DNA of 64,000 nt from Tubulanus polymorphus (lineage: Eukaryota; Animalia; Nemertea): contig NC_134028.1 in assembly GCF_964204645.1 (NCBI RefSeq), positions 23,370,345-23,434,344 on the forward strand. Reading direction: 5' to 3'. A program made the translations under genes and the position numbers. A model generated the notes under the pieces. It was given only the letters and a program-made list of their open reading frames with translations, was not told the DNA's origin and ran no database searches. This document shows, piece by piece, positions 36,971 to 50,600 of the stretch (within the stretch, counting starts at the first letter, position 1; every line of letters starts with the position of its first letter).

Positions 36971-39900
36971 GTACCAGGTTTTCATCGCTCTTCTCTTTTT
37001 TTTCATTTCAGGACTCCCAAGATGAAGAAAAAGATGCTGAAGGTGACTACAACGAAGACAATGCCAAAAAGAACACTGAACCCAGCAATATTGAAAGTCA
37101 AGTTGATACACATGTAAATTACGATGCGTGATACGGAAAGGATTGTGTAACTACAGAATATCGTTCTTACTCATTTCAGGTTAATCCGGAAAGGCCCATC
37201 TAAAATCTGCCCACAAAAGACTCCACCTTGAGGTACCACCAAACACCGAAAGACCTACCGCAACCGAACCTGGCAGTCTTGACCTCATCCTGCATGGCAA
37301 CAGGAATACATACATACATAAAGCTAAGTTGATTTTTCATATCTGGGGTAGAATGCATAGGCGCTGGTCAAGCTCTCCATCTCCGCACTACTTTATTGAA
37401 GCTCTGTGGCCGATAGTAAATTGAAATATAGCTAGGCAATGATTGCTTGAATATTTACAATATTAGACGAAATGATTGAGTGAGGTCCCTTAAATATTCT
37501 TTGGTCTGATAATTAAAATGTAGATTGGTCAGTTATTGATTAAAAGATTTTGTAAGTACGTATAATTAAGGTAAATTCAATATCTTATGTGACATTTGAA
37601 ATTATTCGAATGTACCGTAGATATTTCAGGCCTCATATGACTATTGTTTAACTGACAATCAAGATATAGATAGGACAATTTACTAATTAGCAATCATATA
37701 ATATCTTGTAATGTTTGATGAGACATTCTTTTGGTGTAGATATTTCACGGCCCCATATACATTTAGGCCGGCTTTACTTAAAGATATATCAATTTAACTT
37801 TATCGTCGGTTAATAGATTTTTCTTTACAAATAATATATTAATAAATTTATTAAGATTGAGGCCATACGTTACAATATATACTGTGTGCTGCCTCACACA
37901 TAACAGTAATGAATTTCATAAGATAGTGTCTAGGGCTCTATCGAGGTCTGGTGTTATATGGGGAAAACTATGGACTACTGGTCTTTATGAAACAGTGATT
38001 TGGTCTTAACACTTTGATAAATCCAGAATAAACCAAAGCTTCAATTGATTTAATTCATTCCTGAAACACTGCGTCTTGTTTTGGGCGACGCATGATAATT
38101 GTTGTTTGACTGACAATTAGCAAAAGGAAAAATGGCTTAGATATTCACAATTAAGATGAATTCAATATTTGATGTTAGATCAAAAACTTTTCATATCATA
38201 AATATTTATTGAAATATAGTTGAAATATATAATATATTTGAGCACATCTATAAGTGAATCAGTCTCATTGACTGATCAGTTCTGTATCGCCAACTGCCAC
38301 GCTTACGACGACTAGCCATGCTTTTCATTATTGGCAAAATTTACTCAAACCTAACTGATTCAATTAATATCTAAAAGCCATACTGTGTGTCAAGTGACGC
38401 ATATAAGATATAGTTTAACTGAAAATTAGAATCTAAGATGAGTTACTCATTAACGTATTACTTAGATCGATTCAGGTTAATTCAATTTTTATGTGAAATT
38501 ATTTCTAATTCCATGGACATTTAAAATGTAGCTGATACATGTGTATCTGAGCACATTTATTTATCTGTATCTAAGTGAACCTATGGTGTCTTCATACAGC
38601 TGTATTAGTTTTGATACATATTGCCAAAATCATTTAACGCAGATGGATTTGGAAGGGGGAATATTTCAATTTCACTGTGTATGTCAGATTGAAAGCCTTA
38701 TTCTGACAGGATATCCTAAACTTAGGTCTTATTCCTCTTGCTAATAGCTTTCTTTTACTAACCCCTCTCCTTCAAACTATTTTCTAGCATCATGACTCGC
38801 ACCGCACCAGGGAGGTCTGGTCATAACAAGGTCTTTTGGTCCTTATACACAGTGTACTATATAAGGGAAATAAAGATTATATGGCCATTTGGCTAAGGGA
38901 ATTTCTAATTTACCACTAAAAATATGCTTTTTTATCTTTAATTTCTGATGAATTCAAATAGTGACGAATTCACCACATCTGAAATTCTACTCAATGTAGA
39001 TTTTCAGGCTCCATATAGATATTGTTCAACTGACAATTAGAATATAGCTAGTATGATTACTTATTAATGGTTCGCTTAGATACCTAGAATTTAATTAAAA
39101 TTAATTCAATGTAGTGAATATAAGTGAAACTTATTCAAAATTGCACAGTGGATGAGACGACTGTATCGCGCAATGTCATCTGCGTCTAACTGGGCCACAT
39201 GTGTGTGTGGGATCTGTTGAATCAGTTAGGTTTTGGGGGATTCTTAGTTAAGCTAGGTATCAAAAGCTCTGATGCAAAATTAGCAGTTCAAATAGTGATT
39301 AATTCAAATTCGTACCGGATCTGAAATTCTTCTCGTGTAGAAATTTCAAGCCCCATATAAGATATTGTCCGAGGCAATTTCAATTATAGCTAGGACATTA
39401 TCAATTAACTTATTGATTAGGTATCTAATTCAGCATCTTCATATAAGGTAAAAGTGCTCAAATCTAAACCATAGGGGTTGATAAGACAACTGTATAATTC
39501 AATATTGATTGATATATAAAGAATACTGGGTATGTTTTAACTCTGTCTCTTGTGCGTGGGATTTATTGAATCTTTAAGGCTTTGCAGAATTCTGGATTTG
39601 TCGAGTTGTGGGAATGATTCGAGGTTTCTTACATCTGTAGAACCATGTTACTTATAGGATCAGTGTGCTCAATGCTGGCAGCGCACTCACTCTTCAATTA
39701 GTTATATTATCATAATTACAAAATCATGGTATATATTAGAAGCAATATTTAGAATTAATGAAATATAAAAAACATCTCTTAATTTATTAACTGACGATGA
39801 AGTAAATTTGATAATACGAACATGGTTTAGCTGACAATCGAAATATATATAGGCCAATATTACTAGCAGGTTTGCACTGTATGATGGGCCTGGGTTTCAA

Positions 39901-40420
39901 TAAAAGACACATCAAGAATTTCAAGAAGATAGAAGAGAAAACAGTACAAAAACGATTTGATAAGATTGATTATGCATTACTAAATTTGTTGTAACTCTGG
40001 TATTCCTAGAGATGACTATAGATGCTTTAGTTGAATTGTTGTTAAACTAATAATCAACCATTGCTTAGATATTTAGAATATAGATGAATTACTATATGAG
40101 TTGAATTTCATAAATATCATTTAAGACTATTATTAAAATCTACGTATCGATCCACATTGCTGATCTTATATATGAATTGACATGATAATTATGATCAGTG
40201 ATATTCGAAAGGATTTTCTGCTCAAAAGCTTCTGCTCTTTTCTTCAGCTTGCCGTTTCAGACTGATTGGAAGATAGTTTGAATGAACCGGAATCGAATTT
40301 CCCAATTATGTACTTCGATTTCAGACATACTCGAGAAAAACTACAATAAACTTTTAAAAATTAGACAAATTTAAACGGTGAAAATGACAAAAAAATTAAA
40401 GTTAGACAAAATTCTCCCAC

Positions 40421-41060
40421 CTTGTAAACTTTCGGACTAGTTACATGAAAAAAGACCAAATATTGTAAAATATAGTTATTTCCAAAATCACAATGTATTA
40501 AATTAGGCAGAAAAAAAATAGATAAAATTATTCAACCTTGTAAACTTTCGGACTAGTTACATGAAAAAAAGACCAAATATTGTAAAATATAGTTATTTCC
40601 AAAATCTCGATGTATTAAATTAGGCAGAAAAAAAATAGATAAAATTATTCAACCTTGTAAACTTTCGGACTAGTTACATGAAAAAAAGACCAAATATTGT
40701 AAAATATAGTTATTTCCAAAATCTCGATGTATTAAATTAGGCAGAAAAAAATAGATAAAATTATTCAACCTTGTAAACTTTCGGACTAGTTACACGAAAA
40801 CAAGACCAAATATTGTAAAATATAGTTATTTCCAAAATCTCGATGTATTAAATTAGGCAGAAAAGAAGTTAACCCCAATCAGTCACTTAATATGTGCTTC
40901 GACTATTTAAACGGTGAAAACGACCAAAAAATTGAAGTTAGACAAAATTATTAAACATTGTAAACTTTCGGACTAGTTACATTAAAAAAAGACCAAATAT
41001 TGTAAAATTATCTTCAACAATATAGTGATTTCCAAAATCAGAATTAGGCAGAATAAAAGA
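40421..41060. repeat. About 116-bp minisatellite, roughly 4.5-5 copies
   Basis: TTGTAAACTTTCGGACTAGTTACA recurs near 40421, 40537, 40654, 40770 and 40958. Confidence 0.93.
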
Positions 41061-44000
41061 TTGTTTGAATGAACCGGAACCAAATTACCAATTATGTTCT
41101 TGGACTTAAAAAAAAGATCTGTAAAAACGACCGCCGATCACGCAACTATATCTGTACTTCGATTTCCAATTTTGAAAAAAAACCGCCGTATCGCTCCCGG
41201 CAGGTGTGGTAGGTTTGTAAGGGACACCAACTCGAAAAGTCAAACGAGAGCTTGAGGTCAACAACTCATCAAAAATCTGCCAATTAGAGAAAACAGTGCA
41301 CAGAAACCAACCGACTTAGGAGATCCTTGTCGATGATGAAACCAGCAATCATAAAAGGTAACTTGATATACATGGAGTTATTACGATGATTTCTAAATGT
41401 TGTGATTACAAGATATATTTATATACTCATTGCAGCTAAGTTTCAACTATGAGGAAGAGACCAGCTTAAAATTCAACTACTCATCTGAAATCTACGGATT
41501 TGAACAACCCACAGAAGAATCAAACTCATTAGATGGAAATTACCGGTATATAGAAATTTCAGGCCTCATATGAATATTATTTGATAAGTGATAATCATCG
41601 AAATCTATTTACCTGTCCACATGGCTGATCTTAGAACTTTTATCTTTAATAGTCTAAATAATAAATTTTTCAAATGATTACTCCAAGCTTAAACATTGAT
41701 GAACTAGTCCTACTACTGCAATTATTTATTGGGGTTTAAATCGGCAATTGACGTCAATGAACCTAATTCTGATTTTGGAAATAACTATATTAACTAAGTG
41801 AAAAACACGGTGGCTTGTAATTTGAAATGACATGTAAGTTATGATAAATCTGTCTAAAATGTTTTGCTTTCTTCACTTTGTTTCAGTCAAACTAGATCCC
41901 GGAAATAATGGCGTGAAGAAGACACAAGTAGACAAATACCCATTGACCCATTTGCTGATGAAAACTGCAGAAGCCCAGATGAGAAGTTTAGGAGCCAGCG
42001 ACGGATTAATCACTCAACGATGGAATCTTCTACAACCGGTGGTTGATTTCTATAAAACATTTTATCAGGAGCAGCAGAGATGATAGTGTATCTTATAAAC
42101 ACTGATTCGCGCAGCAAAGACAATGGATTATCTTATAAAATCTGATTCAGGATAAACACCGAAGCAGCAAAGACAATGGTTTATCTCATGAACACTTAGA
42201 TCTAGCAGCGGCAAAGACCTCTGTAGTAAAGTATTGATTTTTTTACTAATATCACCCTTTTTCAGACCAGTCTGATAGGTAACATAGTTTAAAAAATGTA
42301 CCTGATTGCGTGGAATGGAGTATGAAAATAGTTGTTGAGTCGAATATTGAAAATAGTTAGATAATTAGTTAGATAATTAGGTTCCTTTGGCCTGAGAAAG
42401 GAACTCTACGTTTGAATATTTCAATATAGAGAAAACTATTTTATAATGAGTTTGTAAAAAGATGTGTCATGTGTTTTGCAATGTGACAGAAATATCCTTC
42501 TTAGAGTCTAATAAAAGCTAAGCTCCATTAATTCACGATATTGCTCTTCGATCTAAGGTTGATAGATAAGTCGAGTTGGTTAGTCACTAGGAGTAAATGG
42601 TCGCGTCGAGCGCCTAGTTTTGAGCCGTAGGTCTGTTGAGTTAACGCCTAAACTGAGATATAGTTTCAACATGATATTGTAAGTTTTATTGTGCTTACCA
42701 TAGTTAAACAGAGTCAACACAGTGGCTTTGCCCTGTAAATATCACATGGTTAGGAAACATAGAACATAACGTTCTATGTACAAATAATAAGTATTTGCAG
42801 AATTGTAGATGTACCAATTTGATGGCATTGATATTTTCGAAGGCCCGTGTAACCAATTTGAGAAATGAATCATATATGTCGATTTTCACATGGAGTTTTA
42901 ACTTTGAGCCTCCATCAATCTGTTCGATGCTACGTATTTGAAAGCAAAAGCTTTATCTAAAAGGAGACCATTATTTACATTTGAGAGGTAAAGCTAAAAT
43001 TATAGCTAGGACTAATTTTGAACGTTTTTACATTGTTTATAGCTGTTTGAACTTCTTTTATTGTAATGGGTAAATCCATATCACGAGATGGCTCTCGTGA
43101 ATAATAACTTAGCTTCAAATCGGGTGTATAATGATTATTAAGAAGCGGCAGTGAATTGGTAGTGCTTTTTTAAAATGGGCCCAGAACTTTACTGTGAAAA
43201 AATGCCTGCAGTTGTAAATAGAGGAGTATAAATAATACATGATACAAAATACAAGTACATGAATAAATAAGAAAAACCAATAAATAAAAAATTATAAATT
43301 ATAGATAATAAATAATACAAAATACAAGTTAATAAATAAATGAATAATATTTAAAAAAAATAGATATAATAATAAGCAACAATACAAACAAACAACAAAT
43401 TAATACTCTATTTACAAGAAAAGGCATTTTTTCAAATATTTATCAATAAGGTTTTCTCATTTATCGAACAACCTTCCCTAAGTATAGCGGAAACCCGAGA
43501 TCTTTTCTGTTGTTGTTTTTAGCATTCTATCAACTCAGTTATTGTAATAAACAAAACAAATAACTATAAACCTTAACTAAATCGAAAACACTTTAAAAAA
43601 AATAACTGATATGATAGAATGCTTTGAATAACTGTGATGAAAGATCGACCCGTCCTTAGAACTAGCTGCGCTCAATCACTGCTGTGACTGTTTATTGTTA
43701 TACTGGGGTAGACTTACGGGGCAGACTTACTATCTAAAATCATGTACATACATTTTACTTTTTAGAAAGAATTAAAAACAGCTATAAATTTAAGTTATTG
43801 ATGTTATTGATTAGTTACCGATAGTATAATTATGTTGATGTTTTCGAAACTGGAAGAAAAAACGTCAGAATAGTTAGTATTTAATGCCAAGGTGCTTGGA
43901 CATCTTTAAGACAAGGCAAAATAGGCAAAATTCTAGTTTTCTAGTGAAAGTAATGATTAGTTGATACTTAGATTTCCAGAGTGAATCTGTATGTTCCATC

Positions 44001-46763
44001 TCTAGCTTTAATGCTCTATGTTGGAGACTGTTATTGTAACGCATGTTTGGAAATTAGGAACTTGTTGCATGATGATTCCTCGATTAAGATATTATTGTTG
44101 TGTGAATAAAACGATGTACATTTTCATCATTCATGTTGAAACTTTTTAGTTGTTAATTTTCATAGCAACAATTCCACTGTGGTGCTTTTCAGTGGTTCTT
44201 GAAATACTGATTTAATTAAGGCCCTGTCGAAAATAGCAGTGCATAGAATAGAAGGAGCTGTTTCAGGCTAACGTGAGGATTCAGTGCTAATTGGTCAATT
44301 GTCCTAGCTTTTTGTTTTGATTATCGGTTTAACTGCGTCTGTGTGGGGCCTGTAATATCTGGACAAGAAGAATTTATGATCTTTATATAGAGTTGTATTT
44401 ATATCTACTATCAAGTTGAATAAAACAATTAAGAAGTTACCGCAGCATCGTCTGTCAAACCATATTTATTTGAAGATACTCGATTTATCTTAAATTATCA
44501 CGAAGAAAAACCTTTATAATAGTTTGCAGGGTTTGATCTAAGGAATAAATGCCACTTGACCTTGGGGCAAGCATATGTAATATCACTTGCCCCCTCAAAA
44601 ATCAACTTGCTCTACATGAATAGTCCGATTGTGACACAATCATCCCTTGCATCCAGTGGGATAAAAGCTTTGAGACATAGAATTAAACAAGCCCGGTGGA
44701 TGAGTGATTATGATAACCTTCATGCCCTAATGAAAATATACTTGTCCCGGCAATTAGACTAGTGCTTAAATCAGACCCTGGTTTGTTTCAAATGTAACAT
44801 TTGTAAAATAAGCTAGTTGATAATTAAAGAAATCTCTCAGACGAGGAAATTTTTGGGAATGTTTTTAGTTTTCTTGTAATAACTAAGATTTATTAGTTTA
44901 TCTTACGCTTTCCACAGTGAGTGAAGTTGTAGGTTTTATGTTGAACTGTTTTTTAAATAACTTATTTAGCGGGATATAATTGTTGTGTAAGAATAAGATG
45001 ATGTTTCGTCATTCATACTGTGGTGCTCATCAATGGTTCATAAAATACTATTTTCATTAAGGCCCTTATGGAAAATAGAGTAGCAAAATAGAGGAGCAGT
45101 CTCTTGATAAATTAGGATATATGAACAGTATTAATCAGTAGATTATGCTAGCCATGGACTCTAAAACCATGGTTTAACAATGTCTATATGGGTTCTGAAA
45201 TATCTGCACAAGAAGCACCTCAAAAAGTTAGTTATTGAATCTTAACTTAATTGTAGCAAAGCCATTAGTTATTAGTAATTGCCCTAGCTCTAATCAAATT
45301 GACAGTAGAAACAATATTTATATACTCGATTTATATACTTTTGTTGAATGCATAGAAGAGAATACCTCCAAAATACTTTGCATTTAATGTAACATTTGAG
45401 AAAATAACCAATTTGATAATGTCTTGAAACCTCTTAAAGACAAGGCAAAAGTGGCAAAACTAGTTATCTTGTAAAATAATGTTAATGAAAATTAAATCAA
45501 AGACTGTTTATTTAATCCAATCTTAAGCTTTCCAGATTGAATTTGTGGTTTTATCTCCGGTTATAATGTTTTTATGTGGGGGACTTTTGAAATACAGGTC
45601 ACGTTTTTGTAAATGACCGAGGCACTTCCTCCAGTACATAAATACCTGTCATTTAGGTATAATTGTTGTTGTGGAGATAAAACGACATGTTCATGTCAAT
45701 TGTTCATAAAACATTGATTTATTAAGGTCCTATCGAATAAAGTTGAGCTTTTTCTTGATAAATGAAATGTCCTCAATCGATGTCATTTGAAAAGTTGACA
45801 TGATAGATTCATATTTCATGAAATATAACAAAGTGTCGGTTATATTGACCTCATGAATTGTCAAATTCATAATCTTAGACTTTCAGACTAGTCCAATTTT
45901 CGTTTTTTTATGGATCAAAGTTTGTAATTCTTTGTGTATTTTTGTTATTTTCTTAATGATGCAAATTGTCTGAATCAGCTGTAGTGGAAATGTATCGTAG
46001 ATAAAGACTTCTAAATACCTTACATGTAACTTTGTTTTAAGTTAGTACAATTTCATACATATTAATAGAAATAAAATTAAGGAGATTACTAAGGATTACT
46101 ACTTGAGAAAATAAGCTAAAATATGTGAAAATAAAATGATGTAAGAATGTAAATCAGATTGATAACTTAATCCTACGCTTTCCAGAGTATTTGGCCAGGT
46201 TTATCTCTGGTTAAGTGCAGGGAGCCATGGACTCACGGTTTAAGAGTCCATGGTTTTGGGCCATAGACGTTTCTGTTTTAGAGTCTATGGTTGGACTAGG
46301 CGTATAAACTCTCGTTTATAGTTTATACGCCTATGGTGGTTGGACTAGTTGTTTATGAAAGTCCGTGTTTGAGGAGCGAATATTATACGTTATAATTCCT
46401 CGCGCACAAACCTGACATTTTGTATAATTGTTGTATGAGAATAAATATCATTGATTTTGAAATTTGTCATTCGTTTAGTTAAGCAACAAGTGTTACTAAA
46501 ACGAAGCACTTCTAAAAACAAAGACTGCACCCGAGAAAAGAGACCAATTTACGTTTCCGGCAGAGGTGGTACAGAGCACTCCAAGTGATGATTTCGAGTC
46601 AGTATCTTCGGACTTTTTAGTCATGCAAAGTTCTAATACCCCAAAGTGCATAGGTCTTCGTTTTAGCAGCGCATAGTTTTTAGTAACACCCCCTAATTTC
46701 ACTACCCCGCTATAAAATTAACTGCTTTTCACGGCCGGCCCGTGAATCATTTTCACGAACCCA

Positions 46764-47048
46764 GGGCCGCCTTCGGTTATCTGAGTTAGTCGACTATGGT
46801 CGAACTAAACGAAACCGAATGCCCGTTAGTCGGAACTATATTCCGGAAATAGTTAGAAAATAAACCGAAGGAATTTGGCCCTCCTGGCGCATATTGTGGA
46901 CTGGGCCAAATTCGGTTTTCACGGTATCTCGTCGACTAGTGGTCGGAACTAATAACCGAATGCGCTTGATTTTCGAACTATTTTCGGAATATAGTTCCGA
47001 CTAACGGATTCGGTTTCGTTTAGTTGACTAACTCAGCCGAAGGTGACC
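46764..47048. mobile_element. Palindromic Harbinger-like MITE
   Basis: GGCCGCCTTCGG..CTGAGTTAGTC / GACTAACTCAGCCGAAGGTGACC termini with long internal inverted repeats. Confidence 0.7.
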
Positions 47049-47265
47049 AATTCATTGGCAACCAGTCAAAATAGGTATAGAGGACGGCAACCAGTCTACG
47101 CACCAATCCACTCGATAAATACTAACATATCCATAATCATATCATTATTTCGTGGATTCATATTATTTACTAGTTCCCGAGTGTATCTCAGTTTTTGGGA
47201 GTTTTCCAAACATCGAACGAAGACGCTGTTTCGACGTTTCATCAGAAAGTTTGAAAGCGTACAAT

Positions 47266-47281
47266 GTTGACAGATAGCAAC
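47266..47281 (+). promoter_or_regulatory. Possible RFX X-box-like site upstream of IFT140
   Basis: GTTGAC-AGAT-AGCAAC about 370 bp upstream of the ATG. IFT genes are known RFX targets, but the spacer is longer than the usual consensus. Confidence 0.3.
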
Positions 47282-47561
47282 TGCATATTTTCATTTGACT
47301 GAATTTATTCGTGTAATTTGTGTACGTTTTCGCCGCTGACACTCGTCTACCGTCCACAAATACTGGTAAAATTATTCTCACAGTATATTTCAACCCTAAA
47401 ATCGACGTTTACAACAATTAAATACGTCATAAATCGGTTTGAAAATAGAAAATTCAGCCTAATTCTGTTCAAATTCAATTAAACTTTATTCGTTAATTGT
47501 TGATAACCAGCTAAATTATTCGATTTTTTGTTCATCATTCGATTTAAGAAAACTTTTGGAC

Positions 47562-47667
47562 GTCTATTTTGTAGATATTATATTATAATGGCTGTCTATT
47601 TTGTAGATATTATGATATAATGGCTGTCTATTTTGTAGATATTATGATATAATGGCTGTCTATTTTG
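47562..47667 (+). repeat. 32-bp tandem repeat spanning the IFT140 start codon
   Basis: ATGGCTGTCTATTTTG at 47588, 47620 and 47652. Confidence 0.95.
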
Positions 47668-50600
47668 ATCGGAAACTAGAATCGAACGTTTTAGGAAATC
47701 ACGTATATACGGAATGGCACAGTACACAATCTATTCTAGCTGTTGCGTCATACAGCGCAGCGTCCGGGGGTACTATAAATCTGTATTTAGATGAGGTAAG
47801 ATTGTTCATCCTCGAATTCAACATTGTCGTAAACCTGGGGTCAGATCAGTTAGTTTCACAATCGGATATTTTCAAGCCCATCGGATTATAAAAGCTTACC
47901 ACCAATGATTAGGTAACTAGAGTCAGATAGATATGAACACAATGTGCAAAAATCATAGAAATGTGTGAAATATTTGAGAAGTGTTTGTCATTTTATCCTC
48001 TTTATGTCATGATTCCGTAGAGCTCATAATATACACGAGCTGTGTTAAAGTTTTAGAAATTCAATCTGTTCAGACTTTTGAAGAGTCACCGATACGTTAT
48101 TGTACCTTGAGATGAAAGAATCTCAAAACTTTGGAAAAAATTATAGGAAAAATTGAAAAAAAGTTGTTGGTATTTTGTTGTGAAAAAAACGTGTAAGCAA
48201 ATTGTAAGGACGTGAGAATTCCAGAGTTCTTTCTGACTGCAATAACCTTCATTTTTATTTTGGCAGGGCGAACATTTACCGAACGCGACGATTGAGAGAC
48301 AATGTCCACCGACGTGTTTAACGTGGCATCCTACGAAGAAGATACTCGCCGTTGGTTGGGACAGCGGAGAAATCACGATATGGAACGATCAGGAACGCGA
48401 GCCGCATTTGGTGCAGAATTTACATCGAACGATGGTTCGCGCTTTAGTGTGGTCGTCAAACGGCACACGTTTACTGTCTTGTGATTCTGTAAGTTAGTCA
48501 GTGGTGAGGGTTTATGTAAACTGGGTGGCCACTTACCTGGAAGTCGGCGAAAAGTCAGAGAGAATTTGCGTTTCTTTAAAGAAAAGTCTGGAGAATTTTG
48601 TAAAAAAAAAATGCCGAAAATCAGGGAAAAGTCAAGGAAATTTGTTGAGATTGCTCGTAAAATCAAAAATTAGCTGTCTAGCCTTTGTCATATGTATTTG
48701 GCCTGGTTAATTGATTGGATTAGTAGCAGAAGTCAGGGAAAAGAGAGTGTATGTCAGGGAATAGTCGGGGGAAAAGTCACAAAAGATGTGGAAATTCCAC
48801 TATTCACTGTTCTCGCCACTGAATTCGGCACGAATTGAGAGCGAAATTCATTTTGGAAATCCTGTAAATAATGGTTGATATTATTCTATATTAGAACGGA
48901 CACGTCGCTGTGAGTAAAGCTGATTCGCGCGGTAAAATTCAACACATTCCTCTTTGTCAACACAACCTCACCGAAGCCGTAACGTACGCAATACTGAGAC
49001 CAGCTTCACAGGAAGACCGCAGAAGGTATGTTTGACATATCATCATTTCATTCATCACTTCGGAGAGGTGTAAGTGGTTTTGTGAATACACAAAAACACA
49101 GAAACGATCAAATGAATTTTACTTTTTAGCCTCTAGACGCCGATTTCTTGCACCATTTTCAGACTAGAGGCAAAACTTTCCTTCTTGAAAAAAAAATGTC
49201 ATGCAAACCTTCTGCCAACCCACTGAGCCAGAAATGAATACTGTCAAGAAAAAATGAAAGAATTGGATTTCTATAAATAAAAGAAAAAAGTTAGCATTAG
49301 AGTAAAAAACGTTAGCATTGGAGCATTAGAGTAAAAAATTGTATTTTCATATTACAGTGAACTGGCTCAGTTAGCTAAAGCTGCTGCTAGCGGTGACGAA
49401 TCTGCGCTCGATTTGTTTAGTTGGAAAAAAGGCCAAACGAACTCGAAGATATCATCGCTACTCACTCCGGTCGAGGGCCTTTCATTTTTCATCGCTACTG
49501 ACAGAGGTAAACAGACTTTGAGCTACGTATTTTTTTCGTGAAATCTTTCCTGGCGAATTGATTTATTTTCGTGTCTTTCTCGTAGGAAACGTGTTTTATT
49601 TGTCGGAGGTCGGCAAATGTACGCAGATTTTAACGGTCGAAGAATCGGTCGGTAAATTCTTATTCTATCAGGAGCGCAATGTACTGGTCACGATTACCGA
49701 GTCGCTTCTTTGTTATCAGCACAGCATTTTACCTGACGGTGAGGCCAAAGAAATAATCAAGGTAAACGTATATTTTGCGAGTTCGGGTTATTAGCTGGAT
49801 GCACGGAGGAAAAGTAATCTAAAATCTTAAGACTTTGGTCTTAAGTTGTTAGATACCGTACCTATTGAACTAAAATAAGCTTAGACTGATCATAAGATAT
49901 TAGCTTGGCTATAGAACCAAATGAGCAGTGACTGGTCTTAAGTTTTTTGGTGGGCTATAGAACTTAGTTATTTTAACCCTTTCAGTGCATCTACACCGCA
50001 GTGGGGTGTATAAATCAGTGATGGATTTTGCTAGTACACCACACTGCGGTGTATTGATGTAATTAGTAATTATCTCTCTTGAAAAATGGCAGCACTTGTC
50101 AGACATAGTGAAATACTAGTACCTAACGATACACCGCGCCACGGTGTAGATGCACTATAGTGGTATTCCCGTTATTCAATACACTAGGGTGGAATTTTTA
50201 AAGATTTTCAAATTATCTCTAGCACTATAGGGTATTAACTAGTCAGCACTGAAAGGGTTAAACGGTCTTAAATCTAAGACAAGACTGTGTGATACTGATA
50301 CATTCAATACATTGGTAATGTTGCAGGTAAAGCTCAGTGGTAAACCACAAGATGCAGATTTTGTGTGGGCTGGTAAGGGTATCTTAGCTACAGTCTCTGG
50401 TGAGGCACTCGTTCGTATGTGGGATTTAAACAATGAAGAGAACTTTGTGCTGCATATTGACCCGGAAATTACGAAAGTCGATCGAAGCATTTACATTACA
50501 TCAATTACATATTCAAAAATCAAAGGTTAGCAATACAATTCTAAACCGAACATCCATATGAGCAATGCACTGGTAATCAGTTTTCTGACTTCGGTAACTC

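Noticed and set aside
40421-41060. Regularly spaced repeats as a CRISPR-like array
   Set aside because: Whole units are near-identical with no unique spacers; eukaryotic minisatellite.
47212-47250. CTGATGA..GAAAC..GTC on the minus strand as a hammerhead
   Set aside because: No pairing for stem I or stem II.
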